In this document: positions 31,136 through 42,427 of the stretch, in pieces
How positions within the stretch are numbered: the first letter of the stretch is position 1
How the letters are laid out: the number at the start of each line of letters is the position of its first letter
NCBI GenBank assembly: GCA_963845065.1
Contig: CAWJQQ010000008.1
Span: 96,001 to 160,000, forward strand
Length of the DNA stretch: 64,000 nt
Origin: Nitrospirota bacterium
GTDB lineage: Bacteria > Nitrospirota > UBA9217
Direction of reading: 5' to 3'
Notes under the pieces: model-generated
What the model saw: only the letters and a program-made list of their open reading frames with translations
Database searches by the model: none
What the model was told of the DNA's origin: nothing
Translations under genes and position numbers: made by a program

Positions 31136-32071
31136 ATGAGGGTAAAAAAGTCTAGGAAACAGAAGAAAAAAGAATATTTTACCTTTATGTTCCTACCCGG
31201 ACCTAACGAACGCGTCCGATCATTAAGCATATCGAAATCCATTCTCAAAACAGTATTTCTCTCTTTAGGTGCATTACTTATCCTTTCTCTTTATCTTATT
31301 TACGAATACAACGACGTAAAAGACAAAATCTGGGAATTACAGTCAGTGCGTCAAGAATTGATGCAGCAAAAGGCGCAGGTGCAAAGTTTTGCGCTCAATC
31401 TTCTTGATTATAAACGACAGATGTTTCTGCTTCGGGATCTCGATACTAAATTGCGGCGGGTTGTGAGCCTGGGTCCACGGGACAAGGCTCAGCAGGTGCT
31501 CGGCATGGGCGGACCTGATGAACTTGGCATCCAGAACCTAACGACAATGGGTGAGAAGAATCAGGAAGAGGCCCTTAAAGAAATGCATCAGGAACTTACC
31601 CAGCTCAAGGGCGCGGCATCGAAGCAGGAAGTGAGTCTCCAGTTGCTATTTGAGTATTTTGAAGACAAGCGGTCACTCTATGCTTCAACGCCGTCGACTT
31701 GGCCTCTTCGCGGCTGGATCACTTCTCCCTTCGGCCGCAGAATATCCCCATTCACCGGCATTCCTTCGTTTCATGAAGGTGTTGATATTGCCGCCAAGAC
31801 TGGAACACCCGTCATGGCGACGGCAGATGGCGTTGTGGTCAAGGCCGGTTTCAGCACCGGTTACGGTAATATGGTCGAAATCAGTCATGGATACGGTATG
31901 AAAACTGTTTTCGGGCATAATTCGCGGCTCAACGTGAAAGCCGGACAGTGGGTCAGACGGGGAGAGGTGATATCCTTTGTCGGCGATACCGGCTCAAGTA
32001 CGGGTCCTCATCTTCACTATGAAGTGCGACTGAATGATCTTCCTGTGAACCCGATAAAATACATGAATTAA
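31136..32071 (+). CDS. M23-family metallopeptidase with TM anchor and coiled coil
   Basis: HEGVD, GYGN, FGH and STGPHLHYEV motifs. Confidence 0.93.
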   Translation: MRVKKSRKQKKKEYFTFMFLPGPNERVRSLSISKSILKTVFLSLGALLILSLYLIYEYNDVKDKIWELQSVRQELMQQKAQVQSFALNLLDYKRQMFLLRDLDTKLRRVVSLGPRDKAQQVLGMGGPDELGIQNLTTMGEKNQEEALKEMHQELTQLKGAASKQEVSLQLLFEYFEDKRSLYASTPSTWPLRGWITSPFGRRISPFTGIPSFHEGVDIAAKTGTPVMATADGVVVKAGFSTGYGNMVEISHGYGMKTVFGHNSRLNVKAGQWVRRGEVISFVGDTGSSTGPHLHYEVRLNDLPVNPIKYMN

Positions 32072-32266
32072 GAGGTCATATCGAATAGCCACATCCTCAT
32101 AATCAAATCTATTCTTCCTCTCCATACAGCGAACGACGACCTATGGTTGGCCGGGGTAAAGAGTGCATAAACTCTTTGCCTTTTGAAACAAAACCGTTTC
32201 CGCCATGGTTTTGGCCGGGGGGCAATTGCCAGCGTAGCGGGGACAAACAAGGAGGGAGTAAGTTTT

Positions 32267-32473
32267 ATGTCTACGGGGAAAGTGAAGTGGTTCAACGAAT
32301 CAAAGGGATATGGCTTTATTGAGCCTGACGGCGGAGGTCGCGACGTATTTGTGCACTATTCTGCCATTCAAGGCGAAGGATACAAGACGCTTTCTGAAGG
32401 ACAGGTGGTTCAGTTCGACATCATACAGGGTGATAAAGGTCCACAGGCGTCGAACGTAGCGAAAACTTCCTAG
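32267..32473 (+). CDS. csp: Cold-shock protein (CspA family)
   Basis: GKVKWFN..KGYGFI and DVFVHYSAI motifs; GGAGG RBS. Confidence 0.96.
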   Translation: MSTGKVKWFNESKGYGFIEPDGGGRDVFVHYSAIQGEGYKTLSEGQVVQFDIIQGDKGPQASNVAKTS

Positions 32474-32536
32474 CAAGCCGTTCCACAGGCAACGTCACAT
32501 ATTATTTTATTGTCTTAGTATTGTGGCAAGTTTTCG

Positions 32537-32570
32537 AAACCCCGAAGAGGCCCCATCTTCGGGGTTTTTT
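32537..32570 (+). terminator. Intrinsic terminator after csp
   Basis: Stem AAACCCCGAAGA/TCTTCGGGGTTT followed by a T-run. Confidence 0.85.
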
Positions 32571-32633
32571 GTAATTTTCGTTTTGGGATTATAGGACAGG
32601 AAAGAAGGGGAAGGTTTCTATCGATAATCTACT

Positions 32634-32972
32634 TCAGCTCGCCATACCAGTAATTATTTTTTTTCTGGCTGCATGCTGTTCAAAGAGAACTTCTTTCATC
32701 AAGGAACATGCCTCTATGACTTTGGGGTTCGCTATGCGGTAGTAAATATTCACGCCTTCGCGTCTCGTAGCAAGGATGCCCTTGTGGCGCATGACAGCGA
32801 GGTGCTGAGATACGTTTGCTTTGGATGCACCGAGGGCGGCCACTAGCTCAGTCACTGTTTTTTCTTCATTTTTTAGGGTATTTAGGATCTCAATGCGTTT
32901 TGGGTTTGTGAGGGTCTTGCAGATCTCTGCCTGCAATTCAAAAATAGATTTGTCACTTAAAATACTTTTCAT
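32634..32972 (-). CDS. ArsR/SmtB-family transcriptional regulator
   Basis: KTLTNPKRIEIL, VSQHLAVMR and RREGVNIYY motifs. Confidence 0.92.
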   Translation of the reverse strand: MKSILSDKSIFELQAEICKTLTNPKRIEILNTLKNEEKTVTELVAALGASKANVSQHLAVMRHKGILATRREGVNIYYRIANPKVIEACSLMKEVLFEQHAARKKIITGMAS

Positions 32973-33331
32973 GTTACTATTTTTTACACTTCTTGCTCTT
33001 TTTTGTCAAGCAATAAATGTTGTGCTACTCAGCGTATGATTGTTAACCTGGATTATTAAAAATTACTTAGTCACATCTTAGCCTCCGTAAATTATGAACT
33101 GCTTACGCATAATCCTAAGCGCTCTGACAATTATTTCCTTGAATTCCGCGATAAAAATGATAATATAAATAATTGTAAAGAAAAACAAATTTGCTGCGTT
33201 CGAGAATGCAGCCGATTTCTCAGGGTCGATGTTATTTGGCTATGATTTGCGGAGAAGGCCGCGTCCCGTGACACCTGAAACCGGTTGACTGCTAACTCTA
33301 ACGAAGTTTTATGAACGTGGAGAAGAAATAG

Positions 33332-35971
33332 ATGATTGGTACGATCTTGAAAAAAGTATTCGGCACGGCAAACGAGAGGGAACTGAAACGCATCCAGGTG
33401 CAGGTGGACCAGATAAACGCCTTAGAAGAGGGGATCTCCCGGCTTACAGACGCTGAGCTGCGATCGAAAACCGAGGAATTCAAGAAGCGTCTGCAAGAAG
33501 GCGAGTCACTCGACGATCTTCTTCCAGAAGCGTTTGCCGTGGTGCGAGAAACGTCCGGGCGGACCCTTGGTATGCGCCACTTCGACGCCCAACTCGTCGG
33601 TGGAATAGTTCTTCATTTAGGAAAGATATCCGAAATGAAGACGGGCGAAGGAAAGACGCTGGTAGCGACGCTCCCGGTATACCTCAATGCCCTGACCGGG
33701 AACGGTGTGCATGTGGTAACCGTCAACGATTATTTGGCGCGACGCGACGCCCAGTGGATGGGGCCCGTGTATACATTTCTCGGTCTCACCGTCGGCGTCA
33801 TATTACACGGACTGACGGATGAAGAACGGCAGGTAGCCTACGGCTCAGATGTGACCTATGGTACGAATAACGAATTCGGCTTCGATTATCTTCGCGATAA
33901 CATGAAGTTCGATCTCAAGGACTATGTCCAGCGCGAACTCAACTACGCCATCGTGGACGAAGTGGACTCGATCCTGATCGATGAAGCCCGGACGCCGCTT
34001 ATCATCTCAGGTCCCGCGGAAGAGTCGACCGATAAATACTACAAGATTAACCGCATCATCCCGAGCCTCAAGAAAGACACGGACTATACCATTGAAGAAA
34101 AAACCAAAACCGTGGCCTTGACCGAGGAAGGAAATATTAAGGTCGAACAACTATTAAACGCCGGGAATCTTTACGACCCTTCGAACGTCGATCTGGTACA
34201 TCACGTGCACCAGGCATTGAAAGCCCATGCCCTCTTTAACCGAGATGTAGATTATGTGGTCAAGGACGATCAGGTAATGATCGTCGATGAATTCACAGGC
34301 AGGTTAATGCCAGGCAGGCGCTGGAGCGACGGTTTGCACCAGGCCATTGAGGCTAAGGAAAACGTCAAGATCGAGAATGAAAACCAGACGCTGGCCTCAA
34401 TTACGTTCCAGAACTATTTCCGACTCTACAACAAACTCTCGGGCATGACTGGTACAGCAGAGACCGAGGCAGCTGAATTCGCAAAAATCTACAACCTTGA
34501 CGTAGTCGTAATCCCGACGCACCGTCCCATGATCCGCATCGATAATCCTGACTTCATCTACAAAAACGAAAAAGCAAAATTTAATGCCGTCATCAGCGAA
34601 ATCGAAGCGCTGCACAAGAAGGGTCAGCCCGTGCTGGTTGGCACGATTTCAATCGTCAAGTCCGAGACCCTTTCATCCATGCTCAAGAAAAAAGGCATCA
34701 AACACTCGGTGCTGAATGCCAAGTACCACGAGATGGAGGCGGAGATCGTCGGCCAGGCAGGCCGGTACGCGGCCGTTACAATCGCTACGAACATGGCGGG
34801 TCGTGGTACAGACATCGTCCTCGGCGGCAATCCCGAAGGACTCGCACGCCAGTCGTTCAAGGGTAAAGAGAATTCAAAAGAAGAGTGGGACAAGATGCTT
34901 GAACAGTTCAAGGCCCTTTGCGCAGGTGAAAAAGACAAGGTCATCAATGCTGGCGGGCTCCATATACTTGGGACCGAGAGGCATGAGGCACGGCGGATCG
35001 ATAATCAGCTCCGAGGTCGTTCTGGCCGCCAAGGAGACCCTGGTTCTTCAAGGTTTTATCTTTCTCTCGAAGATGACCTGCTACGCATTTTTGGTTCCGA
35101 CCGCATCTCGGGTCTCATGGGCAGGCTCGGCATGGAAGAGGACGTCCCTATCGAACACCGTATGGTATCACGCGCCATCGAGAACGCACAGAAAAAAGTC
35201 GAAGATCACAATTTTGAGATTCGCAAACACATTCTTGAATACGACGATGTGATGAACCAGCAGAGAAAAGTGATTTATGAACAGCGCCGAGAGATCCTGT
35301 CCGGCGAGGATCTGAAGGATGAGGTGATCGGTCTGGCAGAGGATATGCTCGATAGCATGATCGGATTTTACTGCCCCGAGGACGCCTATCCCGAGCAGTG
35401 GGACATCACTGGCATAACTGATTCTCTGGCATCCAAGTTTTCGCTACGCATGACTGGTATTGATCCCTTGTCCCTTTCCCGCGCGGAATTCCGTGATAAG
35501 CTATGGGCAGCAATCAAGCAGAGCTATGACGACAAGGATCAGGAGATCGGTCCCGAGCTCATGCGGCACTTGGAAAAGGTGTTCATGCTTCAGGCCGTGG
35601 ACCATCAATGGAAAGATCATCTCCTCGCCATGGACCACCTGAAGGAAGGCATCGGCTTGCGCGGCTATGGGCAGAAGGACCCGCTCATCGAATATAAACG
35701 GGAAGGCTTCGAAATGTTCGAAGAGATGAAGCTGCGTATCGTCGAGTCAACCGTTGAGAATCTGTTCCGTATCAAAGCGGCTGCAAAAGAGCAGGGTCAG
35801 GAGATAGAGCGCAGGCAGCGTCGCCAGATCGAGAACCTGAGTTTCGTTGGTTCAGGCGATTTAGCGGCTGGAGCCAAGCCAGTCCCTGTCCATGCAGCGC
35901 AGAAGGTCGGCAGGAACGACCCCTGCCCCTGCGGGAGCGGGCTCAAGTACAAGAAATGCCATGGGAAATAG
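33332..35971 (+). CDS. secA: Preprotein translocase subunit SecA
   Basis: [38 protein letters not shown] and C-terminal [18 protein letters not shown]. Confidence 0.99.
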   Translation: MIGTILKKVFGTANERELKRIQVQVDQINALEEGISRLTDAELRSKTEEFKKRLQEGESLDDLLPEAFAVVRETSGRTLGMRHFDAQLVGGIVLHLGKISEMKTGEGKTLVATLPVYLNALTGNGVHVVTVNDYLARRDAQWMGPVYTFLGLTVGVILHGLTDEERQVAYGSDVTYGTNNEFGFDYLRDNMKFDLKDYVQRELNYAIVDEVDSILIDEARTPLIISGPAEESTDKYYKINRIIPSLKKDTDYTIEEKTKTVALTEEGNIKVEQLLNAGNLYDPSNVDLVHHVHQALKAHALFNRDVDYVVKDDQVMIVDEFTGRLMPGRRWSDGLHQAIEAKENVKIENENQTLASITFQNYFRLYNKLSGMTGTAETEAAEFAKIYNLDVVVIPTHRPMIRIDNPDFIYKNEKAKFNAVISEIEALHKKGQPVLVGTISIVKSETLSSMLKKKGIKHSVLNAKYHEMEAEIVGQAGRYAAVTIATNMAGRGTDIVLGGNPEGLARQSFKGKENSKEEWDKMLEQFKALCAGEKDKVINAGGLHILGTERHEARRIDNQLRGRSGRQGDPGSSRFYLSLEDDLLRIFGSDRISGLMGRLGMEEDVPIEHRMVSRAIENAQKKVEDHNFEIRKHILEYDDVMNQQRKVIYEQRREILSGEDLKDEVIGLAEDMLDSMIGFYCPEDAYPEQWDITGITDSLASKFSLRMTGIDPLSLSRAEFRDKLWAAIKQSYDDKDQEIGPELMRHLEKVFMLQAVDHQWKDHLLAMDHLKEGIGLRGYGQKDPLIEYKREGFEMFEEMKLRIVESTVENLFRIKAAAKEQGQEIERRQRRQIENLSFVGSGDLAAGAKPVPVHAAQKVGRNDPCPCGSGLKYKKCHGK

Positions 35972-36177
35972 AGTGTAATAATAATTTAGTTCTGTCGATT
36001 AGGACGTCTGAGTTTTTGTGCTAAAAAGTTAGGTGCTGGAGTATAACAGATGGTTGCTGATGTGCCCGGTATAACTACCAGAACCGTATCATAAATCTGG
36101 CGTTTTTGCGTTCATCAGTCTCCACACGTCATTCGGCTGTCGATTTTACTATGCTTATACGTGATAACCTCTGACAA

Positions 36178-36984
36178 ATGCGAATCGCCGGTATACAGAT
36201 AAGCGCTGGAAATGACCTTGAACGGAACATACAGCGCGCTGTGGAATTGGCCAAGGTGGCGGCCGACAAGGACGCCAGGATTATCTGCTATCCTGAGCTG
36301 TTCCTCACGCCCTGGTTCCCTCGGCGCGAAGATCGTTCTCTACTCTCCTGGGCATTGGATGTCGCAAGCGGTCATCTTGAACTTTTTCGAATACTCTCCG
36401 AAAGTACGAAAACGGTTCTTCTAGTACCTTTCTTCGAATACACCAAGGACAATTACTATAACAGTACGGCGGTATTCGATTCTGGAGAGATCTTGGGTAC
36501 CTACCGCAAATTACATGTACCGAACCTACCGCTCTACCGTGAACAATTTTACTTTTCTTCTGGTAATTCTGGCTTCCCCGTATTTGCAACATCCCAAGGA
36601 AAGATTGGCATCCAGATATGCTGGGACAACTTTTTCCCCGAAGGGAGCCGCATCCTGGCGCTCAAGGGCGCGGAAATAATTTTTTCACCAACCGCCGCTT
36701 CCCTTAATACTCATGCTCTTTGGGAGCGCGCCATCACGGCCAACGCCTTTGCGAACAATCTCTTCATCTTTCGTGTTAATCGTGTCGGTCAGGAAGAAGG
36801 CATTTCGTTTTATGGCAGGAGCTTTTGTGCCGACCCTTGGGGCGAGATGGCGTCGGAACTTGCAGGCGGCAAAGAGGCGATCGTGATCGCGGACATCAAC
36901 CTTGCCGAAAGCGCAGCCGCTTCCGAAACCTGGGGGTTCCTCAAACACCGAAGGCCGGGAGAGTACGGGGAGCTTGTAAAGTAG
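36178..36984 (+). CDS. Carbon-nitrogen hydrolase (nitrilase superfamily, N-carbamoylputrescine amidase-like)
   Basis: E-K-C triad in PELF, YRKLH and ICWD; NRVG motif. Confidence 0.88.
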   Translation: MRIAGIQISAGNDLERNIQRAVELAKVAADKDARIICYPELFLTPWFPRREDRSLLSWALDVASGHLELFRILSESTKTVLLVPFFEYTKDNYYNSTAVFDSGEILGTYRKLHVPNLPLYREQFYFSSGNSGFPVFATSQGKIGIQICWDNFFPEGSRILALKGAEIIFSPTAASLNTHALWERAITANAFANNLFIFRVNRVGQEEGISFYGRSFCADPWGEMASELAGGKEAIVIADINLAESAAASETWGFLKHRRPGEYGELVK

Positions 36985-37168
36985 TTGCGTTGTATTCCTG
37001 CCATTGTGTATCGTGTCGCCGGCTCCCGTATTGCGTTATCTTATCAATTGACGTCCTAAAACCTCGGCCTTCAGACGGGAATAGCACGATGTTAAAAATA
37101 TGAAACGATTAGAGCGTTATGATAAGGGAAGCAACAATATTTGCGCACAACCATCAGGAGGAGAAAAT

Positions 37169-38137
37169 ATGAAACGGTTGATCATGATACTGGCATGTTT
37201 ATCGATGCTTGTGAACTCACCGGCGTTCGCCGCGGATGTAGTTCGGCTGGGAAATCTCAAGTTTGCCCATTATGGTGCTGTATCGTACATGAAGGAAATC
37301 GCTGCTAAGTATAATCTGGTCATCGAGGAGCGTGTTTTTCCCAAGGGGATCGACATCGTCCCGGCCATCATCGCCGGAGACATTGATATTGCCGCAAGTG
37401 CGATCGACGGAGCCATTGCTGCCCGCGCAGCCGGAGTGCCTATCTATATCGTTGCTGGCTTTGCCCGCGGTGGCGCTCGGATCGTGGGTCGCTCGGACAT
37501 GAAATGGAAATCGATTGCAGACCTCAAAGGGAAAAAAGTAGGCGTGCCTCGCGGTGGCGCGCAGGAACTGGTCCTGCTAGCCGAACTCGGCATGTACAAC
37601 CTGACTTATTCGGAGAACCCGGGCAAAGACGTGCAGATCGTCTACCTGGCTTATGCGGACCTCAACCAGGCGCTTCTTTCGCGCAACGTAGACGCCATAA
37701 GCCAATCAGAGCCCCAATCTTCGCAGGCCATCAGTGAGGGCTACGGTGTCGAAATCATCAAGCCCTACGACACACCCCTGGGGGAGCCTGTGAGGACGTT
37801 GATCATGACTGAAAAAATGTACGATGGCGAAAAAGATGTGGCGGAACGGGTCATGAAATGCTTTGTGGAAGCAACCAAGGAATTCATCGAACATCCTGAC
37901 GTTGCAGAAAAATATGTACGGGAAAAGATGTTCAAAGGACAACTCACGAGTGAAGATTATCGCCAGGCAATCGGAAACTCACCATTTACCTACGATGTCT
38001 CTTTGCAGCAGGTACAGATATCGACAGACATGATGGTCAAATACGGGATAGCACAAATGACGAAGCCCCCCGTGGCCAAAGATTACGTTAGGCTCGACCT
38101 GTTGGAAAAGGCCAAAAAGGAATTGCATGTACGATAG
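37169..38137 (+). CDS. ABC transporter substrate-binding protein (SsuA/TauA/NMT1 type)
   Basis: Signal peptide (PAFA); SIADLKGKKVGV motif; in an operon with a permease and an ATPase. Confidence 0.87.
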   Translation: MKRLIMILACLSMLVNSPAFAADVVRLGNLKFAHYGAVSYMKEIAAKYNLVIEERVFPKGIDIVPAIIAGDIDIAASAIDGAIAARAAGVPIYIVAGFARGGARIVGRSDMKWKSIADLKGKKVGVPRGGAQELVLLAELGMYNLTYSENPGKDVQIVYLAYADLNQALLSRNVDAISQSEPQSSQAISEGYGVEIIKPYDTPLGEPVRTLIMTEKMYDGEKDVAERVMKCFVEATKEFIEHPDVAEKYVREKMFKGQLTSEDYRQAIGNSPFTYDVSLQQVQISTDMMVKYGIAQMTKPPVAKDYVRLDLLEKAKKELHVR

Positions 38138-38972
38138 ACGGGTACGTGGTGCAGCAACGCTGTTTAAGCAACTGGTCCATTCGACAATTATTCCAGTCGG
38201 CCTGTTAGTTGTCTGGGAGGTAGTATCCCGTTACCACATGTTCAGCCCGCAGGCTTTGCCTGCCCCGTCTCAGGTGTTCCTGAAGTGGATCGAGTATGCC
38301 CGGCCTTATGAGCCGTACGATGCTCCACGGATGAACTATATAGCCTGGTTATTTTCCGGTGAACTTCCGCATGACCTATGGGCGACATTCTTCCGCGTTC
38401 TAATCGGTTTTCTGATCGGCGCAGGACTGGCACTTCCCCTGGGTCTCTTCATGGGTAATTTTGAGCGGATATATCAATTATTCAATCCACTCATTCAGGT
38501 ACTTAGGCCAATTCCACCTATTGCCTATGTCCCTCTTTCTATCCTATGGTTCGGGTTGGGGAATCCTCCGGCATTTTTTCTTATCAGCCTTGGTGCCTTC
38601 TTTCCGGTCCTAATGAATACAATATCGGGAGTCAGGAACGTCGATGCGATCTACATTCGCGCTGCTCTCAATCTCGGTGCAAGCAGGATGACATTGTTCG
38701 GCCGGGTCATTGTACCTTCAGCTATGCCTCATATCCTTACGGGTATGCGAGTGGGGATCGGCGTCGCATTCATCTGCGTTATCGTGGCTGAGATGATTGC
38801 AGTGAACAATGGTTTGGGGTACCGTATCCTTGAAGCACGAGAATTTTTCTGGACCGACAAGATCATTGCCGGGATGATTACAATTGGCCTCTTGGGTCTT
38901 GCTATCGACACGGTCATGAGTGCAATCAATAACTACCTGCTCCGCTGGCATCGGGGCATGGAGAGCAGCTAA
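38127..38972 (+). CDS. ABC transporter permease (SsuC/TauC type)
   Basis: LRPIPPIA motif, EAA-like loop (AALNLGAS), AEM...GLG. Confidence 0.88.
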   Translation: MYDRRVRGAATLFKQLVHSTIIPVGLLVVWEVVSRYHMFSPQALPAPSQVFLKWIEYARPYEPYDAPRMNYIAWLFSGELPHDLWATFFRVLIGFLIGAGLALPLGLFMGNFERIYQLFNPLIQVLRPIPPIAYVPLSILWFGLGNPPAFFLISLGAFFPVLMNTISGVRNVDAIYIRAALNLGASRMTLFGRVIVPSAMPHILTGMRVGIGVAFICVIVAEMIAVNNGLGYRILEAREFFWTDKIIAGMITIGLLGLAIDTVMSAINNYLLRWHRGMESS

Positions 38973-38982
38973 AGGCATAGAC

Positions 38983-39798
38983 ATGGATTCGATGGCAACT
39001 GCGGGCGGTAACGGCGTGCCGATCGTCCGGATAGAAAAAGTCAATAAGATCTTTCGGTCCAACGGCAGAGAAGTCGTCGCGCTCAGAGATATCACGCTGG
39101 AAATTTATCAAGGAGAGTTTATCTGCATACTGGGTCCGTCCGGGTGCGGTAAATCCACACTCTTGAACGCCATCGCGGGATTTTCGCTGCCTTCATCAGG
39201 CAAGCTAATTGCCAATGAACGGGAAGTTACCGCTCCTGGACCGGACCGCGCCATGGTTTTTCAAGAGTATGCACTATTCCCCTGGATGACCGTGGCGGAG
39301 AACATTGCTTTTGGGCTGGAGATCAAAAACCTTTCAAAAACGGCTATTAAATCAAGGGTGGACGCGCTCTTAAAAAAATTTCAGCTTACGGATTTCCGAG
39401 ACCGTTTTCCCAAGGACCTGTCTGGCGGCATGCGCCAGCGAGTTGCGATCGCTCGCTCTCTCGCCCTCGATTCACCCATGCTGCTCATGGACGAGCCCTT
39501 CGGGGCTTTGGACGCATTGACTCGAAATTCATTGCAGGATGAACTTCTCCGCATCTGGATAGAGTTCAAAAAGACCATCATCTTCGTCACTCACAGCATA
39601 CAGGAGTCCATCTTACTTGCCGACCGCGTAGTTGTTATGACCTACCGACCGGGCACCGTCAAAAAGATCGTGCCGGTGAACATCCTCCATCCCCGAGACA
39701 TAAGCTCACCGTGGTTCATCAGCCTTCAGCAGGAACTGACCCAGATGGTCATGGAAGAGCAAGAGCGCTCGCAAATGGCTGAATCCGACATGACATGA
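38983..39798 (+). CDS. ABC transporter ATP-binding protein (SsuB/TauB type)
   Basis: GPSGCGKST, LFPW, LSGGMRQR and MDEPFGALD motifs. Confidence 0.92.
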   Translation: MDSMATAGGNGVPIVRIEKVNKIFRSNGREVVALRDITLEIYQGEFICILGPSGCGKSTLLNAIAGFSLPSSGKLIANEREVTAPGPDRAMVFQEYALFPWMTVAENIAFGLEIKNLSKTAIKSRVDALLKKFQLTDFRDRFPKDLSGGMRQRVAIARSLALDSPMLLMDEPFGALDALTRNSLQDELLRIWIEFKKTIIFVTHSIQESILLADRVVVMTYRPGTVKKIVPVNILHPRDISSPWFISLQQELTQMVMEEQERSQMAESDMT

Positions 39799-40128
39799 AG
39801 TAGCAAAATAAAATTAAAGCCCTGAGGTTTTATTCAAGGTCGGAGAATGTAACATTAAAAAAACTCCCGACTCACTCTAGGGGGGATTCGCAGAGCCACA
39901 TAAGCATCAGACTCATGTCTGGCTACGTAATGGCTGCCCGGATGGGAGCATGGCGGTTGTCGCCCTTGGGTATCCAGTGTCAGCGAAATACTCTACGAAG
40001 TGTAAAGACCTATTCGAAGTATTGCTGAAGAACGAAGCAAAACCTTCCTTTATTTCTTCCGAAGTCCTATTTACCAAGCTATCTGATATAATAAAAGAGG
40101 AGTGTATCTGCGTTCCAAGGTGAAGATT

Positions 40129-41157
40129 ATGAAAGCCATGGTGCTGAAGAAAATTGTGAACCTCGCTGTAAACAGGTCCCCGGTTGAACTCGTAGACGTG
40201 GCGATCCCGATGCCCAAAGAGAACGAAATCCTTGTCAAGGTTTCAGTCTGTGGTGTATGCCACACGGAACTCGACGAAATCGAAGGTAGGACGCCACCCT
40301 CGAAATATCCGGTTATCCCTGGCCATCAGATCATTGGCTACGTCGAAACAACAGGAAGCAAGGGAAGTAGGTTCAGGATTGGCGACCGCGTCGGCATCTC
40401 CTGGATTAATTCAGCTTGTGGAGCATGCAGGTATTGCCGAACAGGAATGGAAAACCTCTGTGACAATTTTAAGGCAACAGGCAGGGACGCTGACGGAGGC
40501 TACGCAGAATTTACAACTGTTCCCGAGGCTTTTGCATTCAGGATACCGGAATTATTCTCCGATGCTGAAGCCGCTCCGCTCTTATGTGCAGGCGCTATCG
40601 GTTACCGCTCACTTCGGCTGGCAAATATGAAAGACGGTGACACGATAGGGCTTGCGGGTTTCGGCGCATCAGCACATCTCGTGCTCAAGATAGTGCGGTA
40701 CATGTATCCTAAAACCTCTATCTATGTATTCTCTCGCACGGAGGGAGAACGGGCTTTCGCAAGGGAGCTTGGCGCAATCTGGTCTGGAAACAGTGAGGAG
40801 GAATCCCCCGAGAAATTACACGCGATCATTGACACGACGCCCGCATGGAAACCGGTCGTCAACGCCATGAAGAACCTTGAGAAGGGAGGACGGCTCGTGA
40901 TCAATGCGATTCGGAAGGAGGAACGGGATAAGGATGCGATCTATGCAATAGACTATTCTCAAGATCTTTGGATGGAAAAGGAGATCAAGAGCGTTGCGAA
41001 CATCACAAGATCCGATGTGGGAAACTTTTTGAAATTGGCCGCAGAGATTCCTATTAGACCGGAAATACAGGAGTATCCTCTCGAGGAGGCGAATACCGCC
41101 CTGATCGAACTAATAGAGCGAAAAATCCGTGGCGCGAAAGTGCTAAGAATGTCCTAA
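40129..41157 (+). CDS. Zinc-dependent alcohol dehydrogenase family protein
   Basis: CGVCHTE, PGHQ, CGACRYC..C and GFGASA motifs. Confidence 0.9.
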   Translation: MKAMVLKKIVNLAVNRSPVELVDVAIPMPKENEILVKVSVCGVCHTELDEIEGRTPPSKYPVIPGHQIIGYVETTGSKGSRFRIGDRVGISWINSACGACRYCRTGMENLCDNFKATGRDADGGYAEFTTVPEAFAFRIPELFSDAEAAPLLCAGAIGYRSLRLANMKDGDTIGLAGFGASAHLVLKIVRYMYPKTSIYVFSRTEGERAFARELGAIWSGNSEEESPEKLHAIIDTTPAWKPVVNAMKNLEKGGRLVINAIRKEERDKDAIYAIDYSQDLWMEKEIKSVANITRSDVGNFLKLAAEIPIRPEIQEYPLEEANTALIELIERKIRGAKVLRMS

Positions 41158-41240
41158 ACGGCTACTCTATTCCAATCTCCCCCTCCATTTAAAAAAGCTG
41201 ACGCTGTCTAACAGATGCTGACAAAAACTTTTTTTCCAGC

Positions 41241-41280
41241 GTATTCGAAAATCGAATACATACTCTTCGATAATCAAATA
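41241..41280. promoter_or_regulatory. Candidate upstream activator sites for a sigma-54 enhancer-binding protein
   Basis: Perfect inverted repeat GTATTCGA-AAA-TCGAATAC (41241-41259) and a degenerate second copy TTCGA-TAA-TCAAA, 120-160 bp upstream of the -24 element. Confidence 0.55.
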
Positions 41281-41397
41281 ACTGCCACACTTATATTGAC
41301 CAACCCAAAAGAATATCTTTCCCATTGAAGCACAACAACCCACTGAATCTCAAAACATTTATTTTTCAAAATGCAGCAATTATAGCCCTTCAGCGTT

Positions 41398-41414
41398 TTG
41401 GCATATGCTATGCA
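41398..41414 (+). promoter_or_regulatory. Sigma-54 (-24/-12) promoter
   Basis: TTGGCATATGCTATGCA shows GG-N10-GC spacing and lies ~50 bp upstream of the RBS and ATG of the PP2C gene. Confidence 0.72.
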
Positions 41415-41464
41415 AACACCAGTGCAGAAGTTCGGAACGGGTCAGCAGACATAAAAGGAGAGAG

Positions 41465-42427
41465 ATGGATATGGAACATGGACTGATAGGATGTCTGAAA
41501 AAGATTACGAGAAGGAGCGTACAGGAGATCGTCACGATGCAACATCTGACTTCTGGAGATAGTCATCAAATCGGCCAAGCTCTACCAGCGACAAAAACGT
41601 CCATCAACGTAACGCGCGTACTCCAGCCTGTCCACACACTGAGGTTGAGACCCGATCTCTGTGATCCAGTTCCTTCTGATGTGCTCGATCAATCCACTAT
41701 ACCGCAGTCTGCTGCGTGGTACGGGATCACAGACACGGGCAGGGTACGGGAGCACAACGAGGACAATTTTGCAATCCTTGAACTCGCAGATAAGGTCTTG
41801 TTTGTCGTTGCTGACGGCATGGGCGGTCACGATGCCGGCGAAGTAGCAAGCAGGATCGCGACAGAGACGGTATGCAAAGTCGTGGAAGAGGATCATGCGT
41901 CGAGTACTGATCACCTTGGTCTTGTTGAACGTGCTCTTCAGGAGGCAAATATCAAAGTATTGCAGGAGGGAGTGCGCAGGAAATCCGATTTAGGCACCAC
42001 GCTCAGTGTGGCACTCGTTGTAAATGATATTGCCTATGTTGCGAATGTGGGTGACAGCAGGGTCTATTGGATTGAGAAGGGGTCCATCTCACAGATTACC
42101 AAAGACCATTCTTTAGTAGCAAAGTTGGTTGAGGCTGGGAAACTGACAAAAGAAGATGCCAGGAACCACCCTAAATCAAACTTGTTAATTCGTACGATCG
42201 GGAACGATGAAATGATCAAGGTGGATACCTTTCGTGTTCCACTGAAAAAAGGCGGAACGCTGCTGCTTTGTACGGATGGTCTCTGGGGAGACGTTACGGA
42301 TGATGAGATACACAGGGTCTGCACCCTGGAAGAAAATACCACAGCCGTAGGAGACTTTCTGGTGGAGATGGCGAATGACAATGGCGGCAAAGACAACATC
42401 ACAGTCGTGGTGGTAAAAGCTCTGTGA
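41465..42427 (+). CDS. PP2C-type Ser/Thr phosphatase with N-terminal extension
   Basis: TDTGRVREHNED, VADGMGGH, NVGDSR, LCTDGL and GGKDNIT motifs. Confidence 0.93.
   Translation: MDMEHGLIGCLKKITRRSVQEIVTMQHLTSGDSHQIGQALPATKTSINVTRVLQPVHTLRLRPDLCDPVPSDVLDQSTIPQSAAWYGITDTGRVREHNEDNFAILELADKVLFVVADGMGGHDAGEVASRIATETVCKVVEEDHASSTDHLGLVERALQEANIKVLQEGVRRKSDLGTTLSVALVVNDIAYVANVGDSRVYWIEKGSISQITKDHSLVAKLVEAGKLTKEDARNHPKSNLLIRTIGNDEMIKVDTFRVPLKKGGTLLLCTDGLWGDVTDDEIHRVCTLEENTTAVGDFLVEMANDNGGKDNITVVVVKAL

Noticed and set aside
39890..40050. Nitroreductase C-terminal remnant (AVVALGYP..KDLFEV)
   Set aside because: Too short to support a feature call.
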